The notes under the pieces are model-generated. The model saw nothing but the letters and a program-made list of their open reading frames with translations. It ran no database searches and was not told the origin of the DNA. From NCBI GenBank assembly GCA_965248925.1, contig CBDFLE010000006.1, positions 2,976,001 through 3,040,000 of the forward strand: a stretch of DNA of 64,000 nucleotides, written 5' to 3'. The DNA is from Candidatus Multivoradales bacterium. GTDB taxonomy: Bacteria > Acidobacteriota > Thermoanaerobaculia > Multivoradales > J023. Both the position numbers and the translations under genes were made by a program. Positions within the stretch are counted from its first letter, which is position 1; every line of letters starts with the position of its first letter. Below, piece by piece: positions 10,431-19,953 of the stretch.

Positions 10431-10967
10431 CTAGCCGCCAGCGCGGCTGAGCACCGTCTGGGTAACTTCCTCGACGGTGGCGTGGGAGCTGTCCACTACC
10501 AGGTCGAAGTGGTTCAGATCGCGGTAGTCAATTCCGTATTTTTCGAGAAAGCGCCGCTTCTCACTGGCCCGGCGGGCGCGGATCTTCTCCAGCATCTGCT
10601 CGGGGCCTAGCCGTTCCTCGCTCGGTCCGCGGCTGAGGTCGCCGCTGATGCGCTGGGCGGCAATCTCTTCGTCGACGACGATGAAAACCTTCAGCGAGTC
10701 GGGTATGAAGTGCCAAGCGAGCCGCGAATCGACCACGTAGTCGTAGTCCGACTCGCCAATCTGCCGGGTGTGACCGTCGATACGGTCATCGATCTCGGTC
10801 TGCCGCTCAGACAGCAAGTTGAGTTCCAGGGTCGTCAGCCCGAGATCGCCGGCGATCTGCCGCTGAATGGCGCCGGTCGAGAGGTACTTGTATGAAAGTC
10901 GCTCGGCCAGCAGTTTGGCGACCGTGGTCTTGCCGCTGCCCAGGTCGCCAGAAATAGTGATCTTCAT
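10431..10967 (-). CDS. Cytidylate kinase-like P-loop kinase (short archaeal-type family)
   Basis: ITISGDLGSGKTTVAK, YLSTGAI.R, VVDSRLAWHF, RF...YGID...FDLVVDSS. Confidence 0.85.
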   Translation of the reverse strand: MKITISGDLGSGKTTVAKLLAERLSYKYLSTGAIQRQIAGDLGLTTLELNLLSERQTEIDDRIDGHTRQIGESDYDYVVDSRLAWHFIPDSLKVFIVVDEEIAAQRISGDLSRGPSEERLGPEQMLEKIRARRASEKRRFLEKYGIDYRDLNHFDLVVDSSHATVEEVTQTVLSRAGG

Positions 10968-11001
10968 GAGTGGCTGAGAAGGTACCTGATCTGGGCGGGT
11001 C

Positions 11002-12165
<1,164 letters not shown>

Positions 12166-12168
12166 CGT

Positions 12169-12651
12169 TCAGGCGCCGTCGTTGGAGGCATTGTTCCGTG
12201 GTCGGATAGCGATCAGTCGCGAGTCGGCCAGAGCCGCGGTGCGGTGAACGGCGATCGCCTGGTAGTCGGGCTGCATCACCATCGAGAGAAACGCTCGTCG
12301 CGAGGGGTAGCGCACCAGAAACACCTCGTCCCAGTCTTCGTCGTTCGGGGCGATCAGAGCGCTTTCGACTTCGCCGGCCCAGACCATCTCACCGCCGACT
12401 TCGGCCACCTTGGGCCGCACGGTCCCCATGTAGCGGGCGAAGGCTTGGCGACCGCTGCAAGGCGTGGCCTCGCTGTCCACCGGATATTCGGCCTGGCGGC
12501 GGAAGCGCAGCAGATTGAGCATCACCACGGGCCGGTCGAGATCGGTCTGCGAGAACTCCGCGAAGCGCTCGGGTTGAGGGCTGATCGATGGCAAGCCGAA
12601 TCTCCTTCTGGGTCGAAACTCCATTTCTGAGTCCACAGCGTCGAGAGGCAA
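12169..12651 (-). CDS. DUF1330 domain protein (start uncertain)
   Basis: PVVMLNLLRFR, WDEVFLVRYPSRRAFLSM, HRTAALADSRLI. Confidence 0.85.
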   Translation of the reverse strand: MPLDAVDSEMEFRPRRRFGLPSISPQPERFAEFSQTDLDRPVVMLNLLRFRRQAEYPVDSEATPCSGRQAFARYMGTVRPKVAEVGGEMVWAGEVESALIAPNDEDWDEVFLVRYPSRRAFLSMVMQPDYQAIAVHRTAALADSRLIAIRPRNNASNDGA

Positions 12652-12697
12652 GTCGACAGCTAGTGTTGGCCGACGCGAGAACTATACTGCTCTTGGC

Positions 12698-15600
12698 CTA
12701 TTCTTCCCTATCTTCCCTGTCTTCTATGGCTCGTCTGCGGTAGGCGATGTAACCAGCCGCGGCCAAAGCCAGGGCGGATCCGGCGAGGGCCGGCCCAGGG
12801 GTGCCTGCCAAGGGCCCCAAGCTCACCCCGAGCAAGGCCAGACCGAGCAAAGCACAGCCCGCCGGATGCCGTTTCTCGCGGTCGGCCAGTGCCCACCACC
12901 CCACGCTGAGCCACAACAATAGGGCTCCGAGAATGCTCAGCTGGGTGCCCAGAGTGCCGCTTTCAGAACGGCTGTAGCGGATTTCGAACCAAGCTGAGTT
13001 AGGAGAGCGACCCAGCCAGCCGCCGCGCCGTGAACTGGCCTCGCCGCTGCCCGCCTCGGCACCTTGGTTGGCGTAGAGCTTGTCGAAGGTGTAGCGCAAA
13101 CCGGAGTTCGGCACGCTCAGGCGCAGGGCATCGAGATTCTGCGCCGCGCCGCGAGCCAGCTCTTCCATGCTGTCGCGCAGGTCCTCGGCTGTCACCACTT
13201 GCGGCCCTGCCAGCAGATCCATGTTGGTGCTGGGTTCGCGATAGTGCAGAGTGTCCGGCAGCAGCACCTGCCAGCGGGAACGGGTGACCAAGATGTCGGG
13301 GAAGGGCAAGCTGCCGCTGATCGAGCCACGACGACCGAGGCGGTCGTAGCGGGTACCGAAGATCACCTCCACCGGGAAGCCACGGGTGGAGTGGAGGATC
13401 TTGATCAGCACCTCCTCGGGATTCTCGCCATCCCTGGCGGCGGGTTTTTCAGGCTGGCCATCGACACTCACCGACCAGACGCGCGAGCCTGGGGGTAGGC
13501 GCAGGCGGAGGAATTGCTTGCGACTGTTGCGGACGGTGAACCGGGCGGTGGTCACCGCTAACCCATCGCGGGTGTAGAGGGTGCGGTAGTCAGCTTGGTC
13601 GATGGTCGCCTCTTGCACTTCGAGGAGACGATGGCGGGTGATCGCCAGGCGCAGCTCCGGGCGCGGCTCGGCGCGGACGTACTTGTAGGCCTGCAAGATC
13701 GGGTTGGTGGTGCGCAGCAGCAGCTGGCGCGGCAATTCGGCGATATCGAGCACGCTCAGACCTTGGCTGGCCGCTGGCCGCACCTCAACCGCCGACAGTG
13801 CTTCGAGGGCTAGCCGGCCTTGTTCGATCTCGGCGCCGAGGACAGTAACCAGAGGCACGAGTAGGCCGTTGTCGGGAGAGCTGTTCGCCGAATCCAGTCC
13901 GCTGGGGTCGGCGCTGACCTTGGCTTCAGCGAGGACCTGCTCGTAGCTCAATTCGAGGCGGAACTCCCCCTCCATTTCTTGGGTGAACTCCACCGCCAAC
14001 CGGCGCGGTGCAGAGCTGTCTTCCGAGGCCTTGGCGAATTCGTAGTGGCGGAGGGAGGGAGCGCTCAGATTGAACAAGTGGACTGCCGCGGGAAGTTCCA
14101 ACTCGAGCTTGTCGAGGCGCCCCGATTTCACCTCGATGGCGATCGAGGCAGCGCCTTCGAGGGCGACTTCCCCGAGTGAGATCAAGGTGTCGACGCGGGC
14201 GTCAAAGCGGCCCTCTTGTCGTTCGGGCACCGCTGTTGTCAAGCTCATCCGCGGCGCCATATCAGCATATTTGAAGGTGTGGGCGACGGTTTTCTGCAGT
14301 TGATCGCGGACAAATGCCGGCAGCAGGTTCTCGCCCACTCGGGTGGCTTCGACTTCGGCCTGCGGTTCGAGGGTCAGATCCTTGCTCGACAGCAGGGCCA
14401 CCATGCCGCGCTGGCGCTCGACTTCGAGGGCGGTGAAGAGCGGTGCCACGAAGGGGCCTTGGCGCGGCAGTGAGAGGTCGTAGGTGAGGTCGAGCAACAG
14501 CTCGTGATCGAGACGGTGGTCGAGGTAAATGTTCAGCCTGCGTTGCTTATCGTCGCCGTCTTCGATCCGCCAATCGGCAACCGCGCCACCAGCACCGCTG
14601 ACCTGGTCGATCTGTACCCCGGCCGGCAGCGCCAAATGCAGCACGGCGGTAGAACCGCGGCGGACCTCAAAGCGCACTAGCGCGTGGCCATAGAGCACCC
14701 CTTCCTCGGCGTGCAAGATGTGGAACAGGCTGGCGTTGAGCTGGGCGGTGGCGTCGCTGTTGGCGGGCACAGCATCGGTCCAGGAGAAACTGATCTGCTC
14801 GCTCATCGGCACCTGCACGGTGGCCACGGTGGTGTCCCCTTGGTGTCGCCGGCGGACGCTGCCAGCGGGAGCCACCGTCACCTCTTTGTCACCGGGTAGG
14901 GTGAGTTCGAAACGCGATACCGGCACCGGCGGTAGGCGCAGATCGAGCCTTGGCGGACCCTCCCCACGCTGGACCGCTGCTTCGAAGCCGAGCTTGATGC
15001 GGTGGTTGCCACGGCCGCGGGCGAGCACCGCGAAGTGGCCGTCTTGCACCAGGATCGGCACCTCGGTGCCATCGATGGTGATACTCGCCAGCGCTACTCC
15101 TGTAGGTAGCAGAGGCAGGGTGACGTCGTTGTCGTAGAGTTCCACGTCGAGTTCGGCGGTGAAACGCACAGCATCGTCCGCCCGGCCATCACGATCGCTG
15201 AGTCGACCCTGGTACCGGGCTCGGCTGAGGGTGAAGCCTCGCTGGCCGCGTGGCCGAGCCCAGCTGATCTGTACCCCCCGAGTGGCCGGCAAGGTAGCTT
15301 CTACGCGGGTCGAGCCGCCGCGGTTGCTCAGCCGGCTGCCGACCGCCGGAATGACCGCGATGTCGAGGCCGTTGCCGGGCACCTCGGCGATCAGCTGCGA
15401 GCTGGAGGCTCGGGGCAGTGGCACCGCCAAGCTGTAGCCCGCCGCCGAGAGAGTCGCATCGACCCGCAGCACCAACTTCACCTCGTAGGTGCCGGGTTTG
15501 CGCACGCTCCACGCCATGCCGTCGCCGGTGGCTAGCAGTTGCAGCGGCGAGCCGGCGGCGCTGGCCGACTCGACCGCGGTGGCAGGCGGCAGCAGAGGCA

Positions 15601-15913
15601 CCAAGATCCACTGCTTCTCGTAGACCGTCACCGGCAGCAGGACGGTCACCCGCGCCGCGGGCCGCGAGCCGCTGTGGTCGACCGAGATCTCGACTTTGGC
15701 CTTGCCGAGGGCGAAGGGCGCTGGCGCCGGCCGCTCCTCCACCGCTGGTTGGCGGCTGGCGTTGATCAACCGGTCGTATTGGCCGCGGGGTAGCTCGACG
15801 AGACCCTTCTCGCTGCTCAGCAGGTCTCGCTGTGCTGGGGTGCCGTCCGCCGCGCACACGGCGGCCATGCCGCTCAGCAGGAGAATGCTGAGCAGTGCAA
15901 AAGTAGCTCTCAT
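12698..15913 (-). CDS. Large secreted/membrane protein of unknown function (1071 aa)
   Basis: Signal peptide, beta-rich body and about three C-terminal TM helices. Third gene of the ECF operon. Confidence 0.75.
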   Translation of the reverse strand: MRATFALLSILLLSGMAAVCAADGTPAQRDLLSSEKGLVELPRGQYDRLINASRQPAVEERPAPAPFALGKAKVEISVDHSGSRPAARVTVLLPVTVYEKQWILVPLLPPATAVESASAAGSPLQLLATGDGMAWSVRKPGTYEVKLVLRVDATLSAAGYSLAVPLPRASSSQLIAEVPGNGLDIAVIPAVGSRLSNRGGSTRVEATLPATRGVQISWARPRGQRGFTLSRARYQGRLSDRDGRADDAVRFTAELDVELYDNDVTLPLLPTGVALASITIDGTEVPILVQDGHFAVLARGRGNHRIKLGFEAAVQRGEGPPRLDLRLPPVPVSRFELTLPGDKEVTVAPAGSVRRRHQGDTTVATVQVPMSEQISFSWTDAVPANSDATAQLNASLFHILHAEEGVLYGHALVRFEVRRGSTAVLHLALPAGVQIDQVSGAGGAVADWRIEDGDDKQRRLNIYLDHRLDHELLLDLTYDLSLPRQGPFVAPLFTALEVERQRGMVALLSSKDLTLEPQAEVEATRVGENLLPAFVRDQLQKTVAHTFKYADMAPRMSLTTAVPERQEGRFDARVDTLISLGEVALEGAASIAIEVKSGRLDKLELELPAAVHLFNLSAPSLRHYEFAKASEDSSAPRRLAVEFTQEMEGEFRLELSYEQVLAEAKVSADPSGLDSANSSPDNGLLVPLVTVLGAEIEQGRLALEALSAVEVRPAASQGLSVLDIAELPRQLLLRTTNPILQAYKYVRAEPRPELRLAITRHRLLEVQEATIDQADYRTLYTRDGLAVTTARFTVRNSRKQFLRLRLPPGSRVWSVSVDGQPEKPAARDGENPEEVLIKILHSTRGFPVEVIFGTRYDRLGRRGSISGSLPFPDILVTRSRWQVLLPDTLHYREPSTNMDLLAGPQVVTAEDLRDSMEELARGAAQNLDALRLSVPNSGLRYTFDKLYANQGAEAGSGEASSRRGGWLGRSPNSAWFEIRYSRSESGTLGTQLSILGALLLWLSVGWWALADREKRHPAGCALLGLALLGVSLGPLAGTPGPALAGSALALAAAGYIAYRRRAIEDREDREE

Positions 15914-15924
15914 GTCGGGCTCCT

Positions 15925-18543
15925 CTAGTCGGGTCTTACTGGGGTTGGTGGTGGTCTGATGCCGAGTTGACCGGCATAGCGCAGCGAGTCGGCAAGCTGC
16001 CGATCTTCGCTGTCGGCGCCGTCGGTGGCGAGGGCGACGAGGTATTCGTCGATCATCGCCAGCTCGGCGTCGAGGCCGCGGTCGCCAGCCAGGGCGGGGA
16101 TCTCTTGGCCCAGACCAGCTAACAAACTTCGTAGTTCTTGTAGCTGTTGGGCGGCGCTGTCGGGACCTCTATCGAACAGCACTTCAGCGGCCTGGCGCAG
16201 GCTCTCACGCAGTTCGATCTTCAGCCGGCCGCGCAGTACCGAGAGTTGTAATGGCCCCGGCTGGCGCTGGCCGGCGCGCAAGTTCAGTTGCTCGCGGGCG
16301 GTGCCGTTGCGCAACCGCACCAAGTCTTTGTAGCGCAGCGTGACCTCGGCCACCGCTCCGGGGCCGGGTACCACCAGATCGAGCAGCACGGTGTGCGAGT
16401 CGTCGGCTTGGAAAGCAGGAATGACGATCTGGATGCCTTCGTCGTCGCGGTCGCGATCGCTGGCGATGCCGAGATTGCGCGCCAGCCGCAGGTCGATGGC
16501 GCGCTCACCCTGCCGCACCTGCTCGCTGCGCAGTGCGTTCAGCGGTTGGGAGTCGTGGATCTCGACCAGGCGCACCCCGGCCGCTAAGCGGATATTCAAG
16601 CGCAGGGCTCGCGCCACTACCTGACCGACGGCCTCGACCTCGCGCCGCGCCACCACGGCGGCGTGGCTCGGATCGCCGATCCACCAGCGCCGACCTTGGC
16701 CAGCGAGAGCCAGCGGTTCGAGATCCTCGGCCTGCTCCGCATCGCCGAGGGCGACGGTGCTCAGGGCCAGGCCCGCCACCGCGTTGCGCCGCGCCAGATT
16801 CGCTATTTCGCCTCTGCCGCCAAGCCAGCGGTCGGTGAGCAGCAGCAGACTGCTCGAACCCCACGGGGCGGTCGGATCGTCACCGCGCGCTATCCGGTCG
16901 GTGGCTTGGCTGAGGGCGGAGCGAAGATCTTCCTCGTCCGGGTCGAAGGCGCCTGGCTGGCCTACGTGGGCAGTCGCGGTGAGATCGCCGAGGAAGAGGT
17001 GCAGCGGGCCATGGCGAAACTCCTCGGGCCGCAGCTCGCCGCCCTCGAAAGTAGTTAGAAGGTGGAAGCGGTCGCCGGGTTGGCGAGCTTGATCGAGGGC
17101 GAAGAGCAGCGCCCTTAGCGATTCGATCTGCGCGCCGGTGGGGACCTCGGTGAAGTCGAGCACCACGGCGATGTTCATCGCCGGCCGTTGGCCACTGCGC
17201 CGATCGGTGGAGCGCAGGCCGACTTGCAGCAACACCCGACTCTCGCCGTCGACCTGGCGATGATCGGCGTTCAGGTTGAGCGCTAGGGCGGCGCGCCGGG
17301 GCGCGTCGAAAGGAGGGTCCAGCGGTTGCGCGGCGTCGTGCAGCCGTAGTCGGGTCTCGGCCTGCTCTTCGAGGGTCGAGCGGTCCCACTGTTCGAGTTG
17401 GGCGCGCAGCAGGCGCAGCGCGGAATCCCCCGGCAAGTAGCTATTCGACCAATAGCCGGTGGGCGACTGGAAATGCAGCTCGTCGGTCCGGCGAAGCTGT
17501 TGTAGGAAGCGTCGGGCGAGCAGATTTGGCTCCTCGACGATCTCTTGCCCGGCCTCGAACGCTCTCCTGCCGGTATCCCGCGGGGATTCATAGAGGAGGC
17601 CACCGGCGGTGGGGTTGTACTTGGTGCTCAGCTCGCTCAGGCTGTCGGTGGTGTCGAGTTCCTGCTTGTTCTTCAGCTCATCGGTCAAGGTCGTTGTTAC
17701 CGCGCCCTCGATGTAAGCGCCGACGACCTTGGCCTTCTTGGGGGCTATCTTCGAGAGACCGAGTAGGCGGGCTTCAAGCTCGGTTTGCGAAGCTGCCGGT
17801 TCATGGCTGACGGTGGAGTAGACAGTAGAATGCACAGAGATCTCCTCCGCCTCCCCGACCACCTCGATGCTGTCGTCGAAGTCTTCGGCCCGGTAGATTT
17901 TCTCGTAGCTCGGGTCGGATTTAATCTGAATTGCCTCTTTCTTCTCCGCCACGATGGCAACCGCTTTTCCTCCCTGTCGCTCGTCTTCACCGCTTACCAC
18001 GCTGGGCCCATTGGCCAAGTAGCCGAGTGCCCGGAATTGCGGGTCGGTGCTGGGTTCAGTGTTGGCCTCTGATTCTCGGACGGTGCTTGGGGCTGGCGTC
18101 TGGGTGTCCGGAATGCCGAAAACAATGTCGGTGATTTCCGGTTCAGGTTGCTGCGGTCGTAGCCCTGATGGCTGCTCTAGCCCCCGCTGCGGCCATAGGA
18201 AGAAGGCGCCGACAGTCAGTCCGAGCAGGGCAGCAACGGCTGCGGAGGAGTACTTCAGTCGAGATCCCCAGTGACGCAGCTCAACAGTGGTTTCATCGGG
18301 TTCGGCGGAGTCATCTGTCGCTGTCGCCAGTTCGGGGCGTTGCAGCAGGGTGGCGACTGTCGCTGCCGGCGGTTCAATCTCTGGCAACTCGCCGAGCAGA
18401 CGGTCTAGATCACCCAGCGCGGCCAGCGTTGCTTGGCAGCTAGAGCACTTGTCGACGTGCTGTTGCATTTCAGAATCACGGTCGAGGGCCGCCTGGCCTT
18501 GAAGCGCCAGCACCGCCTCGATCGCATCGCAAGTCCAGCTCAT
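15925..18543 (-). CDS. ZAS-type anti-sigma factor fused to an extracytoplasmic vWA-like domain
   Basis: N-terminal HxxxCxxC (HVDKCSSC) and a TM. Then MNIAVVLD, LLLTD, STVALG and LAGQG (vWA-like). ATGA overlap with the ECF gene. Confidence 0.8.
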   Translation of the reverse strand: MSWTCDAIEAVLALQGQAALDRDSEMQQHVDKCSSCQATLAALGDLDRLLGELPEIEPPAATVATLLQRPELATATDDSAEPDETTVELRHWGSRLKYSSAAVAALLGLTVGAFFLWPQRGLEQPSGLRPQQPEPEITDIVFGIPDTQTPAPSTVRESEANTEPSTDPQFRALGYLANGPSVVSGEDERQGGKAVAIVAEKKEAIQIKSDPSYEKIYRAEDFDDSIEVVGEAEEISVHSTVYSTVSHEPAASQTELEARLLGLSKIAPKKAKVVGAYIEGAVTTTLTDELKNKQELDTTDSLSELSTKYNPTAGGLLYESPRDTGRRAFEAGQEIVEEPNLLARRFLQQLRRTDELHFQSPTGYWSNSYLPGDSALRLLRAQLEQWDRSTLEEQAETRLRLHDAAQPLDPPFDAPRRAALALNLNADHRQVDGESRVLLQVGLRSTDRRSGQRPAMNIAVVLDFTEVPTGAQIESLRALLFALDQARQPGDRFHLLTTFEGGELRPEEFRHGPLHLFLGDLTATAHVGQPGAFDPDEEDLRSALSQATDRIARGDDPTAPWGSSSLLLLTDRWLGGRGEIANLARRNAVAGLALSTVALGDAEQAEDLEPLALAGQGRRWWIGDPSHAAVVARREVEAVGQVVARALRLNIRLAAGVRLVEIHDSQPLNALRSEQVRQGERAIDLRLARNLGIASDRDRDDEGIQIVIPAFQADDSHTVLLDLVVPGPGAVAEVTLRYKDLVRLRNGTAREQLNLRAGQRQPGPLQLSVLRGRLKIELRESLRQAAEVLFDRGPDSAAQQLQELRSLLAGLGQEIPALAGDRGLDAELAMIDEYLVALATDGADSEDRQLADSLRYAGQLGIRPPPTPVRPD

Positions 18544-19181
18544 GAGACCTCCTCTGCGTGCGCAATCTGCTGCTGCTTGGCGAGTGCTTTCGCCAGGGTC
18601 AGGCGAGCTCGGCGCATGCGGCTCTTGACGGTATTGAGTGGGATTTCCAGGACTTTGGCGATCTCGGCCAGTGGTAGCTCTTCAACGCAGCCGAGCACTA
18701 GCACCTCGCGTTGTTCAGTGGGTAGGCAGGTGATCCGACGTTCCAGCCAGCCGATGGTCTGCCGAGCGCCCGAAGCCCGCTCGGCATCGGCTGCCGGGTC
18801 GGCCGGTTCCGGAGGTCCCAACCCGGCCAGCGCGGCTTCCTCACCCGGCGGCTCTGCGAACACGCGATCACGCACCCGCCGGCCACGCAGGTGATTGCGC
18901 ACCGTGTTGGCCACAATGGTGAAAATCCAAGGATGTAACGGCCGCTCAGCGCGGAAGCTCTGCGCCGCCCGGTGGACCTTGAGGAAGATGTCTTGAAACT
19001 GATCGTCGCGATCGGCCGCTGCCACCCCGCAGCGCACCAGGTAGCCGTAAACCGGTGCGCGATAACGCGCCACCAGCTCGGCAAAGGCAGTCTGGTCGCC
19101 GCGGCGATGGCGGATCAGCAGCTGGCGCTCTTCAAACGCCACCACCCGGCCGCTCGCCGGTGGTTCGACCGGTGCTGTCAT
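18540..19181 (-). CDS. ECF RNA polymerase sigma factor
   Basis: GDQTAFAELVARY, DDQFQDIFLKV, WIFTIVANT, EIAKVLEIPLNTVKSRMRRAR. Confidence 0.93.
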   Translation of the reverse strand: MTAPVEPPASGRVVAFEERQLLIRHRRGDQTAFAELVARYRAPVYGYLVRCGVAAADRDDQFQDIFLKVHRAAQSFRAERPLHPWIFTIVANTVRNHLRGRRVRDRVFAEPPGEEAALAGLGPPEPADPAADAERASGARQTIGWLERRITCLPTEQREVLVLGCVEELPLAEIAKVLEIPLNTVKSRMRRARLTLAKALAKQQQIAHAEEVS

Positions 19182-19285
19182 TGTCGTCTCCCGTAGCTGG
19201 TGAAGCTGTCGCACACACCAGCCATACCCGCGAAGGGGAGAAAGGTTCCGCGGCGCGGTCGGCAGTGCGGGATTTCAGCCGGATC

Positions 19286-19666
19286 TCACCCCCAAAGGCG
19301 CTTGACTCCATATCTGTCGAGGACTCGGTCGCGCGAGAGAATCATGGCGGAACGTGCCAATGCCTGTGCCACCAGAAGCCGATCGAAAGGATCACGATGG
19401 TGCATCGGTAGCTGCCCCGCAGCAAGGGCTTCGTGAGGTTCTATGGGAAGCCACTCGAACCCAGAATCCTCAACCACTTGCAGAAGATTCGCAGGCATTG
19501 GCAATTTACCGAGAGCATCCTTGATCGAGATCTCCCAACAACTCGCGGTGCTGACCACGGCCCTGACCTCAGTGCCGGCAACAAGCTCGCTACAGGCCTG
19601 GGGTAGCCGCGGGTCATCGGTTAGCCACCAAAGTAGAGCATGGGTGTCAATCAGAACTGTCCGCAC
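19286..19666 (-). CDS. vapC: PIN-domain toxin, VapC family
   Basis: LIDTHALLWW, SCWEISIK...GKL, HHRDPFDRLLVAQA. Confidence 0.93.
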   Translation of the reverse strand: MRTVLIDTHALLWWLTDDPRLPQACSELVAGTEVRAVVSTASCWEISIKDALGKLPMPANLLQVVEDSGFEWLPIEPHEALAAGQLPMHHRDPFDRLLVAQALARSAMILSRDRVLDRYGVKRLWG

Positions 19667-19889
19667 CGTAGATCGCCTCCTCCAGGTCAGGCAGCGGCTC
19701 ATCGAAGTCGTCCGGGACCTGGAGCTTGCCCTTCAATAGACCGCGGATCCTGCGAGGTTGCGGCTGATATGGCTTCAGCTCGACCAACGGCTTGCCGGAA
19801 CGGGCGATCACCACCCGTTCTCCGTCAAGAGCTTGGCGGATCAGGCGAGAGAGCTGAGTCTTGGCTTCGTAGCTGTTTACGACGATCAT
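19647..19889 (-). CDS. Phd/YefM family antitoxin
   Basis: VNSYEAKTQLSRLI..A..GE.VVIAR.GKP...L, ending VPDDFDEPLPD. Overlaps vapC. Confidence 0.92.
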   Translation of the reverse strand: MIVVNSYEAKTQLSRLIRQALDGERVVIARSGKPLVELKPYQPQPRRIRGLLKGKLQVPDDFDEPLPDLEEAIYGADSSD

Positions 19890-19906
19890 GACCCCAGACT
19901 ACCAGA

Positions 19907-19925
19907 GTTGGTCTAGTTGGTCTAG
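19907..19925. promoter_or_regulatory. Putative TA autoregulatory operator (GTTGGTCTA direct repeat x2)
   Basis: gttggtcta-gttggtcta-g lies about 18 bp upstream of the antitoxin start. Confidence 0.45.
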
Positions 19926-19953
19926 TGTGAAGAGACTTACAGCGTTGCAAGAT

